This document shows positions 1-9,789 of a stretch of 64,000 bases of DNA, piece by piece. The notes under the pieces are model-generated. The model was not told the DNA's origin, searched no databases, and was given only the letters and a program-made list of their open reading frames with translations. Every line of letters starts with the position of its first letter. Positions within the stretch are counted from its first letter, which is position 1. The stretch comes from Eledone cirrhosa (lineage: Eukaryota): the NCBI GenBank assembly GCA_964016885.1, contig OZ024744.1, forward strand, positions 132,370,001 through 132,434,000. Reading direction: 5' to 3'. The position numbers were made by a program, and so were the translations under genes.

Positions 1-501
1 GTGTTCTAGTTTCAAATTTTGCAGATTAAATTTTTCTCGAAAAACCTAAAAAATCAGTTGTCGAAATCAGAAGTTAATATTTCGTAAAACGCAATTTGAA
101 AAACTCATTAATTTTTTTTCGAAAACTTATTATATAATCAATTTTTTTATACTTTTAGAAATATTTATATCTGATTTCAAATATTGATTTTTTTAGGTTT
201 TTCGAAAACCCTATATAATCAATTTTTTTGTACTTTTAGAAATATCTATATCTGATTTCATGTATTGATTTTTTTATATTTTTCGAAAAAGCTTAGATAA
301 TCAATTTTTTTAGGTCTTTCGAAAACATTATATAATCAATTTTTTTTTAGGTTTTTCGAAAAAACCTTATATAATCAATTTTTTTTAGGTTTTTCAAATA
401 TTGATTTTTTTAGCTTTTTCGACAAAATCTTATATAATCAATTTTTTTTAGGTTTTTCGAAAAAGAATGAATTTGAGTTCATAGTCGAAATATATACTTC
501 T

Positions 502-557
502 GCATTAATCTTTTTACGTTTTTTTGATTTTTTTAAAAAAACGTAAAAAATTAATGC
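502..557. repeat. Near-perfect hairpin in the satellite A core (present in most monomers)
   Basis: GCATTAATCTTTTTACGTTTTTTT ... AAAAAAACGTAAAAAATTAATGC, with one bulged base. A shorter form occurs in the monomers that carry the 30-bp palindrome. Confidence 0.8.
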
Positions 558-1179
558 TTTTACAAATCTTTTGAAATATTTACTTTCTAGTTTCAAATTT
601 TGCAGATTAAATTTTTCTCGAAAAACCTAAAAAATCAGTTGTCGAAATCAGAAGTTAATATTTCGAAAAACGCAATTTGAAAAACTCATATTAATTTTTT
701 TTCGAAAACATTATATAATCAATTTTTTAGAAATATTTATATCTGATTTCAAATATTAATCAATATTTTTAGGTTTTTCGAAAACCCTATATAATCAATT
801 TTTTTGTACTTTTAGAAATATCTATATCTGATTTCATGTATTGATTTTTTTATATTTTTCGAAAAAGCTTAGATAATCAATTTTTTTAGATCTTTCGAAA
901 ACATTATATAATCAATTTTTTTTTAGGTTTTTCGAAAAAACCTTATATAATCAATTCTTTTTAGGTTTTTTCGAAAAATCTTATATAATCAATTTTTTTA
1001 CGTTTTTAGAAAAACCTTATATAATCAATTTTTTTTAGATTTTTCAAAAAACCTTATATAATCAATTTTTTTTGTTTTTTTGAAAAATCTTATATAATCA
1101 ATTTTTTTACGTTTTTAGAAATATTTATATCTGATTTCAAATATTGATTTTTTTTAGGTTTTTCGAATTACCTTATATA

Positions 1180-1243
1180 ATCAATTTTTTTTAGGTTTTT
1201 CAAATTACCATAAGGTAATTTGAAAAACCTAAAAAAAATTGAT
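1180..1243. repeat. Perfect inverted repeat, 30-bp arms with a 4-nt loop, in satellite A
   Basis: ATCAATTTTTTTTAGGTTTTTCAAATTACC-ataa-GGTAATTTGAAAAACCTAAAAAAAATTGAT. Copies at 5738-5801, 30312-30375, 35376-35439, 36797-36860 and 40560-40623. Confidence 0.92.
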
Positions 1244-4200
1244 CTGATTTCAAACATTGATTTTTTTAGCTTTTTCGACAAAATCTTATATAATCAATTT
1301 TCTTTAGGTTTTTCGAAAAAGAATGAATTTGAGTTCATAGTCGAAATATATACTTCTGCATTAATCTTTTTACGTTTTTTTGAAAAAATTAATGCTTTTA
1401 CAAATCTTTTGAAATATTTACTTTCTAGTTTCAAATTTTGCAGATTAAATTTTTCTCGAAAAACCTAAAAAATCAGTTGTCGAAATCAGAAGTTAATATT
1501 TCGTAAAACGCAATTTGAAAAACTCATTAATTTTTTTTCGAAAACTTATTATATAATCAATTTTTTTATACTTTTAGAAATATTTATATCTGATTTCAAA
1601 TATTGATTTTTTTAGGTTTTTCGAAAACCCTATATAATCAATTTTTTTGTACTTTTAGAAATATCTATATCTGATTTCATGTATTGATTTTTTTATATTT
1701 TTCGAAAAAGCTTAGATAATCAATTTTTTTAGGTCTTTCGAAAACATTATATAATCAATTTTTTTTTAGGTTTTTCGAAAAAACCTTATATAATCAATTT
1801 TTTTTAGGTTTTTCAAATATTGATTTTTTTAGCTTTTTCGACAAAATCTTATATAATCAATTTTTTTTAGGTTTTTCGAAAAAGAATGAATTTGAGTTCA
1901 TAGTCGAAATATATACTTCTGCATTAATCTTTTTACGTTTTTTTGATTTTTTTAAAAAAACGTAAAAAATTAATGCTTTTACAAATCTTTTGAAATATTT
2001 ACTTTCTAGTTTCAAATTTTGCAGATTAAATTTTTCTCGAAAAACCTAAAAAATCAGTTGTCGAAATCAGAAGTTAATATTTCGAAAAACGCAATTTGAA
2101 AAACTCATATTAATTTTTTTTCGAAAACATTATATAATCAATTTTTTAGAAATATTTATATCTGATTTCAAATATTGATTTTTTTAGGTTTTTCGAAAAC
2201 CCTATATAATCAATTTTTTTGTACTTTTAGAAATATCTATATCTGATTTCATGTATTGATTTTTTTATATTTTTCGAAAAATCTTATATAATCAATTTTT
2301 TTACGTTTTTAGAAAAACCTTATATAATCAATTTTTTTTAGGTTTTTCGAAAAACCTTATATAATCAATTTTTTTATGTTTTTTCGAAAAATCTTATATA
2401 ATCAATTTTTTTACGTTTTTAGAAATATTTATATCTGATTTCAAATATTGATTTTTTTTAGATTTTTCGAAATACCTTATATAATCAATTTTTTTTAGGT
2501 TTTTCAAATTACCTTATATAATCAATTTTTTTTATCAGATTTCAAATATTGATTTTTTTTAGCTTTTTCGACAAAATCTTATATAATCAATTTTTTTTAG
2601 GTTTTTCGAAAAAGAATGAATTTGAGTTCATAGTCGAAATATATACTTCTGCATTAATCTTTTTACGTTTTTTTGATTTTTTTTAAAAAAACGTAAAAAA
2701 TTAATGCTTTTACAAATCTTTTGAAATATTTACTTTCTAGTTTCAAATTTTGCAGATTAAATTTTTCTCGAAAAACCTAAAAAATCAGTTGTCGAAATCA
2801 GAAGTTAATATTTCGAAAAACGCAATTTGAAAAACTCATATTAATTTTTTTTCGAAAACATTATATAATCAATTTTTTAGAAATATTTATATCTGATTTC
2901 AAATATTGATTTTTTTAGGTTTTTCGAAAACCCTATATAATCAATTTTTTTGTACTTTTAGAAATATCTATATCTGATTTCATGTATTGATTTTTTTATA
3001 TTTTTCGAAAAATTTTATATAATCAATTTTTTTACGTTTTTAGAAAAACCTTATATAATCAATTTTTTTTAGGTTTTTCGAAAAACCTTATATAATCAAT
3101 TTTTTTATGTTTTTTCGAAAAATCTTATATAATCAATTTTTTTACGTTTTTAGAAATATTTATATCTGATTTCAAATATTGATTTTTTTTAGATTTTTCG
3201 AAATACCTTATATAATCAATGTTTTTTAGGTTTTTCAAATTACCTTATATAATCAATTTTTTTTATCAGATTTCAAATATTGATTTTTTTTAGCTTTTTC
3301 GACAAAATCTTATATAATCAATTTTTTTTAGGTTTTTCGAAAAAGAATGAATTTGAGTTCATAGTCGAAATATATACTTCTGCATTAATCTTTTTACGTT
3401 TTTTTGATTTTTTTTAAAAAAACGTAAAAAATTAATGCTTTTACAAATCTTTTGAAATATTTACTTTCTAGTTTCAAATTTTGCAGATTAAATTTTTCTC
3501 GAAAAACCTAAAAAATCAGTTGTCGAAATCAGAAGTTAATATTTCGAAAAACGCAATTTGAAAAACTCATATTAATTTTTTTTCGAAAACATTATATAAT
3601 CAATTTTTTAGAAATATTTATATCTGATTTCAAATATTGATTTTTTTAGGTTTTTCGAAAACCCTATATAATCAATTTTTTTGTACTTTTAGAAATATCT
3701 ATATCTGATTTCATGTATTGATTTTTTTATATTTTTCGAAAAAGCTTAGATAATCAATTTTTTTAGGTCTTTCGAAAACATTATATAATCAATTTTTTTA
3801 CGTTTTTAGAAAAACCTTATATAATCAATTTTTTTTAGGTTTTTCGAAAAACCTTATATAATCAATTTTTTTATGTTTTTTCGAAAAATCTTATATAATC
3901 AATTTTTTTACGTTTTTAGAAATATTTATATCTGATTTCAAATATTGATTTTTTTTAGATATTTCGAAATACCTTATATAATCAATTTTTTTTAGGTTTT
4001 TCAAATTACCTTATATAATCAATTTTTTTTATCAGATTTCAAATATTGATTTTTTTTAGCTTTTTCGACAAAATCTTATATAATCAATTTTTTTTAGGTT
4101 TTTCGAAAAAGAATGAATTTGAGTTCATAGTCGAAATATATACTTCTGCATTAATCTTTTTACGTTTTTTTGATTTTTTTTAAAAAAACGTAAAAAATTA

Positions 4201-6490
4201 ATGCTTTTACAAATCTTTTGAAATATTTACTTTCTAGTTTCAAATTTTGCAGATTAAATTTTTCTCGAAAAACCTAAAAAATCAGTTGTCGAAATCAGAA
4301 GTTAATATTTCGAAAAACGCAATTTGAAAAACTCATATTAATTTTTTTTCGAAAACATTATATAATCAATTTTTTAGAAATATTTATATCTGATTTCAAA
4401 TATTGATTTTTTTAGGTTTTTCGAAAACCCTATATAATCAATTTTTTTGTACTTTTAGAAATATCTATATCTGATTTCATGTATTGATTTTTTTATATTT
4501 TTCGAAAAAGCTTAGATAATCAATTTTTTTAGGTCTTTCGAAAACATTATATAATCAATTTTTTTACGTTTTTAGAAAAACCTTATATAATCAATTTTTT
4601 TTAGGTTTTTCGAAAAACCTTATATAATCAATTTTTTTATGTTTTTTCGAAAAATCTTATATAATCAATTTTTTTACGTTTTTAGAAAAACCTTATATAA
4701 TCAATTTTTTTTAGGTTTTTCGAAAAACCTTATATAATCAATTTTTTTATGTTTTTTCGAAAAATCTTATATAATCAATTTTTTTACGTTTTTAGAAATA
4801 TTTATATCTGATTTCAAATATTGATTTTTTTTAGATTTTTCGAAATACCTTATATAATCAATTTTTTTTAGGTTTTTCAAATCACCTTATATAATCAATT
4901 TTTTTTATCTGATTTCAAATATTGATTTTTTTAGCTTTTTCGACAAAATCTTATATAATCAATTTTTTTTAGGTTTTTCGAAAAAGAATGAATTTGAGTT
5001 CATAGTCGAAATATATACTTCTGCATTAATCTTTTTACGTTTTTTTGATTTTTTTTAAAAAAACGTAAAAAATTAATGCTTTTACAAATCTCTTGAAATA
5101 TTCACTTTCTAGTTTCAAATTTTGCAGATTAAATTTTTCTCGAAAAACCTAAAAAATCAGTTGTCGAAATCAGAAGTTAATATTTCGTAAAACGCAATTT
5201 GAAAAACTCATATTAATTTTTTTTCGAAAACTTATTATATAATCAATTTTTTTATACTTTTAGAAATATTTATATCTGATTTCAAATATTGATTTTTTTA
5301 GGTTTTTCGAAAACCCTATATAATCAATTTTTTTGTACTTTTAGAAATATCTATATCTGATTTCATGTATTGATTTTTTTATATTTTTCGAAAAAGCTTA
5401 GATAATCAATTTTTTTAGGTCTTTCGAAAACATTATATAATCAATTTTTTTTTATATAATCAATTATATAATCAATTCTTTTTAGGTTTTTTCGAAAAAT
5501 CTTATATAATCAATTTTTTTACGTTTTTAGAAAAACCTTATATAATCAATTTTTTTTAGATTTTTCAAAAAACCTTATATAATCAATTTTTTTTAGGTTT
5601 TTCGAAAAACCTTATATAATCAATTTTTTTTGTTTTTTTGAAAAATCTTATATAATCAATTTTTTTACGTTTTTAGAAATATTTATATCTGATTTCAAAT
5701 ATTGATTTTTTTTAGGTTTTTCGAATTACCTTATATAATCAATTTTTTTTAGGTTTTTCAAATTACCATAAGGTAATTTGAAAAACCTAAAAAAAATTGA
5801 TCTGATTTCAAACATTGATTTTTTTAGCTTTTTCGACAAAATCTTATATAATCAATTTTCTTTAGGTTTTTCGAAAAAGAATGAATTTGAGTTCATAGTC
5901 GAAATATATACTTCTGCATTAATCTTTTTACGTTTTTTTGAAAAAATTAATGCTTTTACAAATCTTTTGAAATATTTACTTTCTAGTTTCAAATTTTGCA
6001 GATTAAATTTTTCTCGAAAAACCTAAAAAATCAGTTGTCGAAATCAGAAGTTAATATTTCGTAAAACGCAATTTGAAAAACTCATATTAATTTTTTTTCG
6101 AAAACTTATTATATAATCAATTTTTTTATACTTTTAGAAATATTTATATCTGATTTCAAATATTGATTTTTTTAGGTTTTTCGAAAACCCTATATAATCA
6201 ATTTTTTTGTACTTTTAGAAATATCTATATCTGATTTCATGTATTGATTTTTTTATATTTTTCGAAAAAGCTTAGATAATCAATTTTTTTAGGTCTTTCG
6301 AAAACCTTATATAATCAATTTTTTTTTAGGTTTTTCGAAAAAACCTTATATAATCAATTTTTTTTAGGTTTTTTCGAAAAATCTTACATAATCAATTTTT
6401 TTACGTTTTTAGAAATATTTATATCTGATTTCAAATATTGATTTTTTTTAGATTTTTCGAAATACCTTATTTTTAGGTTTTTCAAATTAC

Positions 6491-6682
6491 CCCGACTTAA
6501 CCCCGACTTAACTTAACCCCAACTTAACTTAACCCCAACTTAACTTAACCCCAACTTAACTTAACCCCAACTTGACTTAACCCCAACATAACTCACACCC
6601 AACTTAACTTACCCCCAACTTAACTTAACCCCAACTTGACTTAACCCCAACTTAACTTAACCCCAACTTAACTTAACGCCAA
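6491..6682 (-). repeat. Inverted (C-rich) island of satellite B at the A/B junction
   Basis: (CCCCAACTTAACTTAA)n, exits via GCCAAAGTCGGAGTT. Twin at 41313-41504. Confidence 0.92.
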
Positions 6683-7071
6683 AGTCGGAGTTAAGTTAAG
6701 TTGGGGTTAAGCTAAGTTGGGGGTAAGTTAAGTTGGGGGTAAGTTAAATTGGGGTTAAGTTAAGTTGGGGTTAAGTTAGGGTTAAGTTAAGTTGGGTATA
6801 AGTTAAGTTGGGGTTGAGTGAAGTTGGGGTTAAGTTAAGTTGGGGTTAAGTTAAGTTAGGGTTAATTTAAGTTGGGGTTAAGTTAAGTTGGGGTTAACTT
6901 AAGTTGGGGTTAAGTTAAGTTGGGGTTAATTTAGGTTGGGGTTAAGTTAAGTTGGGGTTAAGATAAGTTGGGGTTAAGTTAAATTGAGATTAAGTTAACT
7001 TGGGTTTGAGTTAAGTTGGGGATAAGTTAAGTGGTGGTTATGTTAAGTTGGGGTTAAGTTAAGTTGGGGTT

Positions 7072-7416
7072 AACCCCAACTTAACTTAACCCCAACTTAA
7101 CTTAACCCCAACTTCACTCAACCCCAACTTAAATTAACCCCAACTTCACTCAACCCCAACTTAACTCAACCCCAACTTAAATTAACCCCAACTTAACTTA
7201 ACCCTGACTTAACTTAACCCCGACTTAACTTCACCCCGACTTAACTTAACCCCAACTTAACTTAAACCCCAACTTAACTTAACCCCAACTTAACTTAACC
7301 CCAACTTGACTTAACCCCAACTTAACTCACACCCAACTTAACTTACCCCCAACTTAACTTAACCACAACTTGACGTAAACCCAACTTAACTTAACCCCAA
7401 CTTAACTTAACCCCAA
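7072..7416 (-). repeat. Inverted island of satellite B (~345-bp class)
   Basis: Entry GGGGTTAACCCC, exit CCCCAAAGTCGGAGTTCAG, marker GACGTAAACCC. Same class at 13645-13989, 19153-19497, 41878-42222, 49313-49657, 54511-54855 and 60067-60411. Confidence 0.92.
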
Positions 7417-8043
7417 AGTCGGAGTTCAGTTAAGTTGGGGTTCAGTTAAGTTAGGCTTAACTTAAGTTGGGGTTAAGTTAAGTTGGGGGTAAGTTAAGTT
7501 GGGGGTAAGTTAAGTTGGGGTTAAGTTAAGTTGGGGTTAAGTTGGGGTTAAGTTAAGTTAGGGTTAAGTTAAGTTGGGGTTGAGTTAAGTTGGGGTTAAG
7601 TTAAGTGGTGGTTATGTTAAGTTGGGGTTAAGTTAAGTTGGGGTTAAATTAAGTGGGGTTAACTTAAGTTGGGTGTAAGTTAAGTTGGGGTTGAGTGAAG
7701 TTGGGGTTAAGTTAAGTTGGGGTTAAGTTAAGTTAGGGTTAATTTAAGTTGGGGTTATGTTAAGTTGGTGTTAAGTTAAGTTGGGGTTAAGTCGAGTTGG
7801 GGTTAAGTTAAGTTGGGGTTAAGTTAAATTGGTGTTAAGTTAAGTTGGGGTTAAGTTAAGTTGGGGTTAGTTAAGTTGAGTTTAAGTTAAGTTGGGGTTA
7901 ATTTAAGTTGGGGTTAAGTTAAGTTGGGGTTGAGTTAAGTTGTGGTTAAGTTAAGTTGGGGTTAGGTTAAGTTGGGGTTAAGTTAAGCTGGGGTTAAATT
8001 AAGTTGGGGTTAAGTTAAGTTGGGGTTAGGTTAAGTTGGGGTT

Positions 8044-8313
8044 AACCCCAACTTCACTCAACCCCAACTTAACTTAACCCCAACTTCACTCAACCCCAAC
8101 TTAACTCAACCCCAACTTAACTTAACCCCAACTTAACTTAACCCTAACTTAACTTAACCCCGACTTAAACTTAACCCCGACTTAACTTAACCCCAACTTA
8201 ACTTAACCCCAACTTAATTTAACCCCAACTTAACTTAATCCCAACTTGACTTAACCCCAACTTAACTCACACCCAACTTAACTTACCCCCAACTTAACTT
8301 AACTTAACCCCAA
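8044..8313 (-). repeat. Inverted island of satellite B (~220-300-bp class)
   Basis: Entry GGGGTTAACCCC, exit CCCCAAAGTCGGAGTTAAG, marker CGACTTAAACTTAACCCCGAC. Same class at 14649-14865, 20157-20453, 42850-43119, 50317-50613, 55515-55811 and 61071-61367. Confidence 0.92.
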
Positions 8314-8442
8314 AGTCGGAGTTAAGTTAAGTTGGGGTTAAGTTAAGTTAGGCTTAACTTAAGTTGGGGTTAAGTTAAGTTGGGGGTAAGTTAAGTTGGG
8401 GGTAAGTTAAGTTGGGGTTAAGTTAAGTTGGGGTTAAGATAA

Positions 8443-8870
8443 GTGGTGGTTATGTTAAGTTGAGGTTAAGTTAAGTTAGGGTTAAATTAAGTTGGGGTTA
8501 AGTTAAGTTGGGTGTAAGTTAAGTTGGGGTTGAGTGAAGTTGGGGTTAAGTTAAGTTGGGGTTAAGTAGAGTTGGGGTTAAGTTAAGTTGGGGTTAAGTT
8601 AAGTTGGTGTTAAGTTGGGGTTAAGTTAAGTTGGGGTTAAGTTGGGGTTAAGTTAAGTGGTGGTTATGTTAAGTTGAGGTTAAGTTAAGTTAGGGTTAAA
8701 TTAAGTTGGGGTTAAGTTAAGTTGGGTGTAAGTTAAGTTGGGGTTGAGTGAAGTTGGGGTTAAGTTAAGTTGGGGTTAAGTAGAGTTGGGGTTAAGTTAA
8801 GTTGGGGTTAAGTTAAGTTGGTGTTAAGTTGGGGTTAAGTTAAGTTGGGGTTAAGTTGGGGTTAAGTTAA
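8443..8870 (+). repeat. 214-bp local tandem duplication within satellite B
   Basis: The marker GTGGTGGTTATG occurs at 8443, 8657 and 8871; 214 = 12x16 + 2x11. Confidence 0.8.
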
Positions 8871-9789
8871 GTGGTGGTTATGTTAAGTTGGGGTTAACTT
8901 AAGTTGGGGTTAATTTAAATTGGGGTTAAGTTAACTTTGTGGTTAAGTTAAGTTGGGGTTAAGTTAAGTTGGGGTTAAATTAAGTTGGGGTTGAGTGAAG
9001 TTGGGGTTAAGTTAAGTTGGGGTTAAGTTAAGTTGGGGTTAACTTAAGTTGGGTTTAAGTTAAGTTGCGGTTAAGTTAAGTTGGGGTTAAGTTAAGTTGG
9101 GGTTAAGTTAAGTTGGGGTTAAGTTAAGTTGGGGTTAATTTAAGTTGAGGTTATGTTAAGTTGGGGTTAATTTAAGTTGGGGTTAAGTTAAGTTGGGGTT
9201 AAGTTAAGTTGGGGTTAATTTAAGTTGGGATTAAGTTCAGTTGGGGTTAAATTAAGTTGGGGTTAAGTTAAGCTGGGGTTAAATTAAGTTGGGGTTAAGT
9301 TAAGTTGGGGTTAAGTTAAGTTGGGGTTAAGTTAAGTTAGGGTTAATTTAAGTTGGGGTTATGTTAAGTTGGGGTTAAGTTAAGTTGGGGTTAAGTCGAG
9401 TTGGGGTTAAGTTAAGTTGGGGTTAGTTAAGTTGAGTTTAAGTTAAGTTGGGGTTAATTTAAGTTGGGGTTAAGTTAAGTTGGGGTTCAGTTAAGTTGGG
9501 GTTAAGTTAAGTTGGTTTAAGTTAAGTTGGGGTTAGGTTAAGTTGGGGATAAGTTAAGTTGGGGATAAGGTAAGTTGGGGTTAAGTTAAGTTGGGTTTAA
9601 GTTAAGTTGGGGTTAAGTTAAGTTAGGCTTAACTTAAGTTGGGGTTAAGTTAAGTTGGGGGTAAATTAAGTTGGGGGTTAGTTAAGTTGGGGTTAAGTTA
9701 AGTTGGGGTTAAGTTAAGTGGTGGTTATGTTAAGTTGGGGTTAAGTTAAGTTGGGGTTAAATTAAGTTGGGGTTAAGTTATGTTGGGTG

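Larger units (their letters stand above)
1..6490. repeat. AT-rich satellite A, block 1 (truncated by window start); monomers 563-893 bp
   Basis: The anchor GAATGAATTTGAGTTCATAGTCG recurs at 465, 1321, 1884, 2614, 3345, 4111, 4986 and 5879 (spacings 856, 563, 730, 731, 766, 875, 893). Each monomer is a conserved core plus several ~37-bp subrepeats of consensus CCTTATATAATCAA(T)7-9AGGTTTTTCGAAAAA. Confidence 0.97.

Noticed and set aside
130-140. TATAAT / TATA-like promoter boxes
   Set aside because: They are part of every subrepeat (TTATATAATC), with no downstream gene.
502-557. Rho-independent terminator or structured ncRNA
   Set aside because: The stem is AT-rich, lies inside a satellite monomer, and has no upstream gene or recognisable RNA family features.
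770-1200. CRISPR-like array (37-bp repeats with a dyad)
   Set aside because: The repeats are head-to-tail with no unique spacers, and there are no cas genes or leader.
1220-1468. 82-aa ORF, six identical copies (1220, 5778, 30352, 35416, 36837, 40600)
   Set aside because: The TTG start lies inside the fold-back palindrome, the F/K/N/I/L-rich composition simply mirrors poly-T/A DNA, the frame is not preserved in the other monomers, and no domain is recognisable. Identity among copies reflects recent satellite duplication.
7060-7090. Inversions as chimeric fold-back read or amplification artefacts
   Set aside because: The same junctions recur 20-22 times at fixed HOR positions with class-specific variants, and the islands are not exact mirrors of their flanks. 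Raw-read confirmation is still advisable.
8600-8615. Kinetoplast universal minicircle sequence GGGGTTGGTGTA
   Set aside because: Only partial look-alikes (AAGTTGGTGTTA, GTTGGGTGTAAG) were seen, explained as single-base variants of the 16-mer.
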